Notes under the pieces: generated by a model
What the model was told of the DNA's origin: nothing
Databases searched by the model: none
Seen by the model: the letters and a program-made list of their open reading frames with translations, nothing else
Position numbers and translations under genes: made by a program
Shown: positions 44,401 through 55,135 of the stretch, one piece after another
Numbering within the stretch: position 1 is the stretch's first letter
Layout: each line of letters opens with the position of its first letter
Source: Amoebophrya sp. A120
Lineage: Eukaryota > Protista > Dinoflagellata
Reading direction: 5' to 3'
Assembly (NCBI GenBank): GCA_905178155.1
Contig: CAJINV010000003.1
Location: 1,793,557-1,857,556 of the forward strand
Length of the DNA stretch: 64,000 nucleotides

Positions 44401-46283
44401 CACAGGCACAGAACCCTCGCCACCCTTCGGTTGTCCAATCGGCGGTGGAGCAGGCACTGCAACTGCAGGGGCATAGCCTGCGCCTCCTCCTCCGGGCTGC
44501 GCCATCGCCGGAGGAGCAGATGCTCCACCACGTGCTGGATAATTATATGATCCACCACCGGGGGCTGCAACCATCGCCGGAGGAGCAGATGCTCCACCAC
44601 GTGCTGGATAATTATATGATCCACCACCGGGGGCTGCAACGTTACCCCCGCCAGCTGCAGCCGCAGTACTACTAGATCCTCCAACTGCACCAGCTTTGGC
44701 CCCCGGCATGTCTTCGTAGCCCGCAGCCGTCTCTGCCGCGGACGGTGGCACGCAGAAATCCCAGTTGTGACGGGACACCGAAAACCACGAGCTGGTCCCG
44801 TCCCACGCACTTTTTTCCAGACACCGCGGGTTGGTCGGACAGGCGAAAAACTGCGTTTTCCCGTCGTGCTCGAGTGCCGTGCACAGGTCCGCGCCGGCCA
44901 GCGGCTCCCGGCTGTTCCGCTTCTCCATGCGGGCCATCAGCATCACGGCGTACCGGTCCCGCAGGGGTATCTTCTTGAAGGACGCCTCGCTGAACTCGCC
45001 CGTGTGGGGGTCCCTATCCACAGAAAAAAACCCATCCACATCCATTTTTTGCATGACAAACACAGGACGTAGGGTAGATTTTGATTTTATGTATGTTTTG
45101 CATGACAAATTGGATGTGGATGGGTGTTTTTTCCTGGATAGTCCCGCAGGTGGTCGTACTCCTTCAGCAGCGTGCTGTTCCAGCCGCAGCGGCAGCCAAA
45201 GTGCGCCGTGTGGTCCGGCTCCAGCCCGGAGGGTCGGCAGTAGTCCCACGCGCCCACCGTGGGACGGAGCTGGTGGTGGTTCTCGCCCCCGTAGGCGTAA
45301 AGCGCGTGGTCCCACCCGCCCGGGTCTTTCACGTCCGGCATCAGCACGCGGCAGTCCGGCGAGGATTTCACCTTGCACCACGTGAAGGGCGTCCCCTGGT
45401 GCACGCCGCAAGACAGCTGGCTGCTCGGGTCGCACTCGCAACCCGACGACGTCAGCGGTTGACCTTGACCAGCAGCGCCAGCCGCTGGCGCCGCGGCCGC
45501 CGCAGCTGCTACAACACCGGTGGCACTGCCCGGCTCTGGGTCGATTAACTTCATGAACTGGTCTTCGGTGCCCCCGCTGCTTGGCTCCACCTCCAGGTCG
45601 CGTCGGACCTTGGCCCGCAGGGAGGTGAGGTCCTTGTACAACAGGGAAATCTTGTCCGCCGCGAGATCGTTCTTTTCCGCCACGTTCTGGCCCAGTTTGC
45701 GAGCCGCGGCGGCCGAAGAGCTGCCGGACATGAGTGCCTGGGTGATGTCGTCACGCATGTCTTCCACCTCCCCCAGCGCCCCCACGGCGCCGCGCACCTG
45801 CTTCCCGACCTTCTTCAACAATCCGGCGAACCGCAACCCCGTCTCCTGCGTTTGCTTCTCGAGGGAGCTGATCTTCTGGTGCAGGGCGAGCTTCTGAACC
45901 CGTGTCATGATGGACTCGAACTGTTCCGCCATCGGATCTGCGAATGACGTGGCCTTCACCGGTGGCGCTGCTGAAAAGGAGCTCATCTTGGTTCCCGCTT
46001 GATTGTAGTGCCGCATGCGCATCCGTCCTGAGAGCTGCAGGGGTGAATGGGAACGAACACGCTGGTGCTCCAGGCCACGGCGTTGGCTGTCGCCATCGTC
46101 GCCATACCTCGCCGACGAGCTTGCAGCACTGAAGGACGAGCAACTGCTACTGGTCACACTGCTACTCCGATTTCCAAGCAGGTTTCCATGTTCGGTTCCA
46201 TCTCCGGCAGGAAAAAACGCAGTTGGCCGCGGTGGCGTACCGACGCCGTGTTCGTAAAAAAGGTGCTGATGCTGTCCCTGCAT
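35444..46283 (-). CDS. Giant (~3,131 aa) Cys-rich multidomain surface/secreted protein, 7 exons
   Basis: Exons 46283-45141, 45009-43933, 43762-43484, 43258-40789, 40550-38681, 38470-36377, 35906-35444 sum to 9396 nt in frame (4 GT-AG introns, 2 introners). Contains WDYC/WDFC Cys modules, PAN/apple-like segments (CIHECAYDPECKGI; ELCAVLAGADPEC), coiled coils and one hydrophobic segment (MLLGGAGIAALAGAGLMA). 5' end uncertain. Confidence 0.7.
35912..36376 (-). mobile_element. TIR element / introner in the giant gene
   Basis: TATCAAATGCAGAAGTGTCTGGGTCTGGAAG ... CTTCCAGACCCAGACATATTTGCATTTGATA. CACCC direct repeat at 35907-35911 and 36377-36381. Removing 470 nt gives PRLGC|YCGRN. Confidence 0.88.
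42660..42795 (-). repeat. Coding minisatellite (GTAGA/DTAGSGT repeats)
   Basis: Repeated CCTGCAGT(GTCTG)TTCCTG units. Confidence 0.7.
44502..44640 (-). repeat. Perfect 69-bp in-frame tandem duplication (VAAPGGGSYNYPARGGASAPPAM x2)
   Basis: Identical units start at 44502 and 44571. Confidence 0.9.
45015..45140 (-). mobile_element. Small TIR element / introner (126 bp) in the giant gene
   Basis: TATCCACAGAAAAAAACCCATCCACATCCA ... TGGATGTGGATGGGTGTTTTTTCCTGGATA. GTCCC direct repeat at 45010-45014 and 45141-45145. Removing 131 nt gives YDHLRD|PHTGEF. Confidence 0.88.
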
Positions 46284-47163
46284 CTTGGCGTCGATTAGTT
46301 TTTGGTGTCACACTTCTACTGTAGCATTTGCCATGTGCCTATTCCTGAACCTACTTAATTTACCGTTACGCGGCTACAACGCTCCTCCTCCTGTTCGCGT
46401 AGTTAGTGAGCTACGTATAAATAGCAGGCGCACGCATAACGGAACCCATACTCCTTGCTGTCATACTTTTGCATCAACATCTTGTTTCCTGTCATGCCTT
46501 CTAAATTTCATCGAGTTCTTGTTCTTCAATTTCAAGAACAAAACTCACCAAAATGCGGTCTGTAACAGGACGAGCAGAGTGGATACCAAGAAATCATCTG
46601 GAGTTTGTTCGTTGTGACGAGGCGGAAAAATTAAAACGATGAAACTCAGCAAAGGTGCTCTTTTCCTCGCGTAAATTTTTTTTTGTGACAACGCTGCACT
46701 CCTCTGGACGATCATTCAACATTTCACTCTTCGTCGTAGCGCTAAACACGAAACCGCTCTTCAACACAGCAACAAAGACCTCACCTCGAGCCGAACGACA
46801 ACGTGAAATGCATTCGTGTTGGTGTTGGACGCGCGTTTCAAAGAACATAAAAAAATGTATCTCCGAGATGCGCAACGGCGCGAGCAACGAAAGCGCAGCG
46901 TTGCCTCCCGCTTCTAAGTCGTAGCACTGGCAGGGCAGAAGCTGTCATCATATCGGAACTGGCCTTTGTAGATGTGAAACTCAGGCTGACCTTCTCGCTC
47001 TCGCTGCTGGTATTCATATTCATATATCGTTCGTGTTTTTCTTTCACTTTCTGTTTCGTCACTAGATTTTTCTTATAGTCATCATCTATTTTCGTTATAT
47101 GTCGGCATCTTGTTCGGGGGCCAGATTTGCCGTTTGTGTTCCACCCCTGTCCATCTCCCCTCG

Positions 47164-49405
47164 TCAGGCTCCCGACAGTGCATCGTGACCGGTTATGTGC
47201 CGCTTGTGTTCCCCGCCCGAATGCTTGCTGCTGCTGCTGCTGTGCGCCGGCGCAACCGGAGGCGGTTTTTCCATGCACTCCGGGAGCTCGCTGGGCAGCT
47301 CCAAGCCTTGGAGCTTCATCTCGATGAAGTGCTGGGCGAGAGCGTACTCGTAAAGCGAGAGTTTGCCGTCCTTGTCCACGTCTGCCAACTTCCAAATTTT
47401 GTGCAGCATTCCATTGTTCAGCTTCGAGAGCTCCATACGCGTTTTCGCTTGCAGCCCACTGATCTTGCCTTCCTTGTCCGGACCAATGCTTACGAAGTCC
47501 CGCTCGTATTTCCCTGTTGTTGAAAAGCAGGTGCAGGTGAGATAAACAGGAGAAGATGAAGAACAAATGGAGATGAAATATGGTATCAATCTTCACTTAT
47601 GATGAGGCGAACCGAAAACAGTAGGAAAAATTCATTGTACGTGTGTCCGGCGGGCTCTGGAGATATTGACTGGTCAAGTAGGTCGCCTCGGTTACCCCTC
47701 CCTCTTTGTTAACCGCGAACGGGCTGGGATCCGGAGATTGGAACGGAAGCTTCGCATTCGGTTCTTGCAGGAGCGTCTCGCTCGGAATCAGCTTCAGCAA
47801 TTTTTGGACGTCTCGTTCCAGCATTTTCTGCAGTGCCTGTGTTTATTGTCGGAGGTTGTCCTCGCGAAGCGGCAGTAGATCGGGAAAACTACGTACAAAC
47901 ACTTGCAGAACCACAGTTACAGGAAAAAGCACGACGTGGGCGTGGTAAAATGAAAATCGAAATATGGTCTACCGCCCTAAAAGTGGATGATGATATCTTT
48001 TACGAAGTCATTAGTACCTGAATTTGTTTGGGATCGATAGTTTGCAGCTTTGAAAACTCGAAGCAGGTGAGGCGCCTCTGGAGGGCCTGCACGTTGGGGA
48101 AGTCCCCCAGCGGAAGCGAATGCTGCTTCGAGAGCGACTGGCAGATGCTGCCCAGGTTCCGAATGAGTTCCCTTTGCTTGGAGCTCCCGCCCCACAGCGT
48201 TGGCATTTCCTTGCGGAAATGGTCCATCAGGTAGGAGTGTACGCGCAGGAGCCGGGCGCGCTTGATCAAGTCGTTCAGCTGTCGTGTGGCGGAATTTCGG
48301 GGCAGCGCCGAAATCGCAGTATAAAGGTCGTTCTCTTCCATCTCAAAAAGTTTGCGCTGCTCATCGTTTTCTAACGGCTGGTCCCAAAAGCTGCCCAGAA
48401 ACACGCGAGCCACTTCGGGCGTGTGAATCACTTTTCCAAGACTCCACATCATCGCACCGTACACGCGCATCAGCTGCTGCGTTGATATCTGGAACAAGAT
48501 GCAGTATAATGATGTTATCTTTCTCAAGTACAAGTGTATGGTGCGTTTTGAATCTAACGCAAACATCACTACACTGGTACACTATAAATTTACGTTGCAT
48601 AAGTACATACATGCGTGAATGCTACAACAAGTTTGCGTATTACAGAAAATGCGTGTAAGTCACTCATTCGCAATTGTTTTCACTTCACAATAAACCGAAT
48701 GTTACAAACAAAATTATGTTGTCCTATTTATACCCGATCCGCTTTGTTGAGCACGATTTTGATTTTGCTATCGTTTCCCTTCAGCTGGTGGATGCATCGT
48801 TTAAACTCGTCCGAGATATCCAACTTGTGCGCGTCAAACAAGAGGATCACGAGATCGCTGCGGTCCGCGAACCATTTAATGACACCCTCGAAGTCGTACC
48901 CGCGCTGCAGGCGCTGCTTTTCGCCCGACAGGACGCCGGGGGTGTCGATGAAGGTGAGTCCCTCCAGGATCGGATTGTTCAGTTGGACGCACTCCAGTCG
49001 CTGCAAAAAGTTGTTGCCAAAGTTCGCGAGCTGCGTGAAGGGCATCGTGTTGTCCACGACCAGGGCATTCCCAGGAATGATGCGATCCGTTTTCCCGTGC
49101 ATTACCGTCACAAACTTGTCCGTCGTGGGCTCGGGGCCGATGCGAAGGCCCGGGTAGTCCCGCTCTAACAGGTGCCGGATGAAGCTGGACTTGCCCGTGC
49201 TGTACTGGCCCATCAGCAGCACCATGGGCTTGGCCGCAAAATCCGCGTCCGTCAGCCGGGGGGCGTAACACTGGTGAAACAGGGACGCGGATTCCAGGGG
49301 CAGCATGTTCTCCCGGTAACAGGTCTGAATCCCCTCGGTCACCGTGTTGTACAGCTCCTTGTAGGCGTCGCTGCCCTTCTTCTCCCCCAACATCCACTTC
49401 AACAT
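47164..49405 (-). CDS. EHD: EH-domain-containing dynamin-like ATPase (EHD/RME-1), 4 exons, 562 aa
   Basis: KPMVLLMGQYSTGKS, IGPEPTTD, DTPGVLSGEKQ, LFDAHKLDISDE, LNKAD, QQLMRVYGAMMWSLGKV; C-terminal EH domain (IWKLADVDKDGKLSLYEY). Exons 49405-48734, 48488-48018, 47836-47641, 47513-47164; all introns GT-AG. Confidence 0.95.
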
Positions 49406-50654
49406 TTTCTTTGGGCTGTTGATGGCGCTGGGGGTTTGCAACTAGAAGTAGAACGACTGGGTTACGCGGCTGCCCGAGGAACGGGCTTGTGGGAATCTTC
49501 TTCCTTGTCCTGGATCAGAGAACACAGTGGTCGTGCGTGGCCATAATTGCACTCAGGTTGGTCCTCTGCAGAGTGCACTATGTGTTTGCATCGAAGTGTC
49601 AGTACGATTAGGAAACAAGGACGCGCAGACGATAAAAATGCCTCGGAAGAAGGCTCCTTTCGGATAAGAAACCTTCAATCAAAGAGAATGTCACGACGAG
49701 CTCTTTCCAGAAGTAAGCGCGCCGGGCCTTCCTCGACCTTGCAACACACACAAAATTAAGGAAAACCGCGGTCAAGATCGGTACCTCTACCTTGAACTTG
49801 ATCCTGAAAATGCACGATCACGAAAACAAAAGATGATCTTTATCTTCAGCTTCCTTTTCTTGCTGGATCTATCCTTACCTGGTCGTCGTTTGGTCGTACA
49901 GCTGTTTTTAGGTGAGCGCCTGATCTCGCAGCGCGAAACGCCGGAAAAAAATCATCTCCAAAGATGGCAAAACCAAAATCACGATCCCATGGAGTAGCTG
50001 TAGTTTTACACATGCAGCTTAAAGCAAAAGGTACATACAGGAACAACAACAAGCCTTGAACTTTTCAGCCGGCTACAAATCTTTATGTAGCGCCTCCTGC
50101 GCAATCGTACGCGCGCAGCGAAAGTTCATTGATTCGAAACACGTCGTCAGACACAATCACAATCAACAATTTCGTTACATTTGAAACATGGCAACAAGAA
50201 GATTTAGGTATAGAAATAGCTCAGTCTCACCAACCGCAACCATCCATTGGTAAAAGACGCCTCGACAAACGAGGCTATCCTGATGACAGATCGCCACAAG
50301 GTGGTAATCGGAGGACAAGTTCTGGTACATAGTTAGCTGCAACTGAAAGAAACTGCTGGAAAACGCTACTTTTCTAGCTAGTGTCAGGAACCCCACTGGG
50401 AAATTCACCATCTTCCAGTGAGGTGGTTCAAAGGCTCAGGTAGATGGAGCAGAAAAAGATATTCAGGTTGTAGTACATTAACGTATAGAGTCATTGTAAA
50501 AATGACCAATTGCAGGTGCGGCGCCGAAGTTGTTGAGCTATTTTCATTTTCTTCTCCTTCATCGCTTTCTTCGATTACATTTCTCGAAGTAGGAGACTCA
50601 TCAGAAATCAAGCGTCCGACGACGTGCGCACTAAAACCCAAATCGCCACTAGCT

Positions 50655-52548
50655 AGTCTCTTTTACCTCTTGTTGTGCGTCCTCCGAAATAATCCAGTTG
50701 CGGTGTCCGCGCAGGGCCACCACCAACACTCAGTTCATGAACGCGTCCGCGCCGGCGCAGGGACGCGATCATTGTACGCAACGAGGTTCCTGTTCGTTGG
50801 AGATGTTGAGAGCAGGAGAGCTGCACGATGATTCAATCACGTCGACTCCCCACGAAAGCCGACACCCACAACAGCATCTGCATCCAGGCACTTTCCTAGA
50901 GATTTCAGTTTCTACTGACGTTCAGTTTCTACTGCCGGTGTCGTCGTAGTTGATGCTCTGCGCATGCTCGCCCTGGCGAGTCTCGTGAATGCGACTTGCG
51001 ACGTTGAAGCGGCGGCGACTTCGGTACACACTGGTCGCCGGGGCCGGTCGGTCCTTTGCCGTGCTGTTCGCGGAGTACTTCTCTATCGTGGTCGCGGATA
51101 GACCCGCCGCTTTTCGTGCCTGGATTTCGACGCACTTTTGGTCCGTTACAGGACCACCTCCCGGGGGCGGCGAGGCACTGCGATCACGGTTCGGGGGAAC
51201 GGGCGGTGCTAGAGGTTGCTGGTGATGCCCTTTGCTACCTGCGTGTTTGAAGATGGTGCAATGGCGGGTCTTGCAGTTTTATCAATGTCGCATCAATTAT
51301 CTTGGTCTACTCGTCGTGATAGAGGTAGCACGGCATCATTTGTGAGTGTCGATGTTGATGTCTGATGTTCATACTTTCGACTACGTACTGGTACTCTCCA
51401 TGTCTAATTCTATCGTTCATACGACAAGTACCTGCGTTCTCTGCCGAAAATTGTTGCGCGCTGTCGTGTCGACCTGGTGCACAGTATTCTTCTTTTGCGA
51501 TTCGTCGCAGCGAGCCTGCTGATGGACCGCGATGCAGTTTCGCACCTGCCGGAGCAGATCTGGGCCGCGACGAGGACTGCTTCGCTTTGCTCGAAGATGA
51601 TGAGCTACCACCACGGTCAGCCCGCGCAGCTCCAGGAACGCCCCCAGTTGGTAGAGGGTAAATCGTCTCGTCGTCCACTCTCGCCTCCAACGGCCACCCG
51701 ACGGTGTGTTCCTGCTGCCCGGCCAACTCCGGATCCTCGTGCGCGCCACGCTTCTTCCTTGGACTGATTGGCACCTTGATCGCGTCATAGTTTCCGCTGT
51801 CGATCCTTTCCTTCCGCCGTTGCTCCCCGATTGGATCGCGCTCTCCCCAGTCCCGCTTCGGCGCCCTGCCCCCGGTGAGCGATCGGGAAGATCGCGCCTT
51901 CTTCAAAAACAGCATCTTCGGCGAGAGAGGCTGTCTCATCTTTTCACCCAACGACGAGCCCCTTGGGTTTGACGGCGAGCCCGCAGCGCCTCCTGCAGCG
52001 GGGGCCCCGAAGCAAAGGTTCATGCCGTCTCCAGTTGGGTCGCTGTCCCGCCTTCGGGTAGCAGTTCTTCGGCTGTGGTTTTTATTTCTACCGGAGAACA
52101 AAGACAGTCTTCGTTTGCTTTTGTAGCCGCTGGCGTGGAAGAGGTCGTGGTGGAAAAACTTTTGTTTTTGGTCGTCGTGGTACTCGGCGTCGCCATTGTG
52201 CCAGAAGATGCCCGCCTGCACTTCCCGGCAGTTTTTGTCCAAATCCTGGCCGCTGACGTAGTCGACGACCAAGTCCGGGTTCATGGCCATGCCCAGCGGC
52301 TTTTTCCGCATTCCCACCACCTGCAGTCCACCGCCGTCGCCGCCCCCAGTGGCAGCGCCCGACGAGGACGAAGACCCCTCTTCGTTGTGCACCCATCGCA
52401 CCACACGACACCGCTCGTTAGTTCCCGTGGGCTGCAGCTGCAGGCAGATCCGCTGATTCGTCAGCTGCTCCGACAACGCGCCCGAGACAAAACTGGCCTT
52501 CTTCAGAGCCGCCTCCGACACGCTCGCGTGCATTTTTTCTTTCTTCAT
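50655..52548 (-). CDS. Hypothetical basic low-complexity protein, multi-exon
   Basis: Exon 52548-51432, GT-AG intron 51239-51431, exon 51238-~50935 (GSKGHHQQPLAPP...). A likely last exon at ~50800-50655 is unresolved. Confidence 0.55.
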
Positions 52549-53169
52549 TCTTTCTGTCTTGTAGCAGAAATCGGGAGCACACTAGCGAAACGAACCGTAC
52601 GGTACCTCCGAGGATAAGTACGAGTTTTTGTTTTTCCTAAACTGAATCAGTTGTGCAGCTGTTCACTCATACAACGCATGTGCTGCTCCAACTGCATTCA
52701 CAAAGAGCGAAGACGAAGACCGACTGAAAATTCATTGCGATGTTTCTCACAGACCCAGACGAAAACGACTCTCCACCACTACAACCCTCCCGCTCGTCAT
52801 ATCTTTATTTGTTCTCATTGCAATCATTGAGATTATCGCGCAAAAACAAGTTCGGTGCATCGGAACAAATGCATGTAGAATGCATCTTCTTCCTTGTCTC
52901 TCACTCTCACTGAAGTTGAACACAAGCAACGACAGTGCTTGCAATGCACATATTCGTCGCACCAGGGAACCGCCGCCGGCCATATGATGGCCATGATCAT
53001 GAAAGTGGCTCACTCTCCAGGCGGATGTGTCTTCTTGTTAGCAGTAGGCATCGCAGGAAAAAGCCACACAATGACACAGCAGCGTGCGTGCTGGTAATAT
53101 TTGTCAATCACACGACTATGCGCCGCCTGGCGCGATTCTTGGCCCGGCGCGAATGGGAATGACCGCAAA

Positions 53170-54121
53170 ATAGGCGCGCCAAGGCTTCGACCGCTCTCTG
53201 CGAGCTCCGTGGGGCATCATCGGGCGAAGCTAGCTGCGAGGCGGGCGGCAGAGCGGCCACTTTGAAAAGAACGCACCCCGCAAAATGCTTTCGGCTATCC
53301 CCGGCCGCGCAGCAAGCGCAGGCTTGGAACGGCGGACAGTTCGCGCAACCCGTCACGCCATGGCCTCCCAATCCTCGTCGTGTATGGAACAAAAAAGCGC
53401 CACGAGCATCACTATCACTAAAATGGAACTCATGAAGGACGAGAACGACAAGCAACGAGGTCGAGGCGGCTTAGCTATATACTCGCGCTGACAAAAAAAC
53501 ACGCCAACCAGCCCCCCTTCGAATTATTTCCCTTAGCTCTGCAAAACATGAGGGCGAGCGCGAGCGCATAGATTCGCATGGCAGTGCCTTCTACCTTAAC
53601 CGAAGATGTGTGACTGCTCGCTTAGCTTTTTCGCGACATACATAGTGGAAGCAAGCGCCGTAGGCACCTGCGCGCCCACAGCCTCACGCGCACAAATGTA
53701 GGCCCTAGGGCCGAGAAGCAAGCAGGGCGGCAGACCAGCACCGGCCCCGCACTTGATGCGATCGCACCCCTCTGCTTTGTCTACCCGGGCGCGACAGTGC
53801 GGACACTGGTGACGAACGGAGTGCAGGAGTGCTCCCAGTTGTGCCGCCAGCTGCGCAGCCCGGGACTCGGCGGAACCTTCGGCCTCCACGCGAAGCCGTC
53901 TGGCAACGCTGCGCGAAGGGATCGCAGGGTGGGCCAATTCGTGGCAATGCATGCAAACCTCCAGCCCGCACTTGCGGCAGAGCAGCGCGACCACCTCGCT
54001 CTTCGCCACTTCGAACAGCACACAGCCCGCGGCGTGCCCTGTGGCTTTCACGTCGCCGCCCGCGCATCTCCTGCAGGCGTGAAAGCCACAGCTGAGGCAG
54101 CGCATCGACGTCCTGGCGCAG
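53170..54121 (-). pseudogene. RBR (IBR/Rcat) ubiquitin-ligase-like zinc-finger fragments; possible pseudogene or unresolved multi-exon gene
   Basis: CRKCGLEVCMHCHELAH (IBR-like) and QCPHCRARVDKAEGCDRIKC (Rcat-like). Duplicated module ACxxCAxGD..H.AGCVLFxVA at ~54010 and ~53260. Confidence 0.45.
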
Positions 54122-55135
54122 CTATGGAACAAACAACAACAAGTACAAGCATGCTCATGTTCATACTGTGGTTATTTTGTTTTTTTTTTCTATGGGTAGT
54201 TGAATTTCTTCAGCCTAGTGCTCATCGCCCTCTTTATATGCCTCCTCAAACAGCCAGGATAAACCACTCTCCGTATAATCATTGTAATATACTCGAGTAA
54301 ATGTACATGGGCGAACGACGGCGAACTTTCTTTTCTCCTCGGGAGCACCATCCTCTCCACTCTAGTTCCCAACTTCGGTTCTACGGAACTGGTGGATTTC
54401 GCACCACTATAAAAGTCGCCGCACATCTACTTTATTAGTTCTTGTTGTTTCATGTGCTTTTTCTTTTCACAGCTGGCTCAAACCACTCACTGTCAGACGT
54501 ACGACTAAGTCAAACCACAAGACGACTTAGAACAACACTCACACTTAGATCTTACTGAGTGCTCATTTCCATTTGCAACACGAACGGGAACACACGGGGA
54601 AACCCAGATGAGGTCAAAACACTTCGCATTTATTTGTGAAATGAAGTAAAAATAGAAGTGGCTTTGACCCAAAGGTCTGCTTCAGGGAAAGTTCGCTGCG
54701 TATTTCTCTGTCTTGATTGAAGACACGGAGCTTGATATCGATTGTGAAAAAGTCTTCAAAGTGTGGCATTTGAAATTGAATCCAAGAGAAGTCGTGTGTC
54801 GTTGTCGGTCCGTTCTCTCTGTCTCAGTGGAGTCGTGCGAGTAGTCTAGTGCTTATAAACAGGAACAGAAACAGACCAAATATCACGATTGCTTAAAGAG
54901 TCCATTTCTTCTTCTGATCTGCAAAAAAATTATCAAGCTGGTTCAGCTACAGCTGCGCCGAGCTGGTGGTGCAAAATTGAAATCACATATACAATTATAA
55001 ACATACATATTTCAAATTTCATCATACACATCGATATTCCAGTGCATTTCGGTCTTTCTCTTTATTTCTCATTCTACATTATAGAGTTCTGCATCTAGAG
55101 GATAAAGTACTCCTGCACCTGCTGTCGTCACGCCG

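Noticed and set aside
53383-54135. TATGGAACAAA as left ends of further introners
   Set aside because: No matching inverted end or 5-bp direct repeat found; better explained by local duplication.
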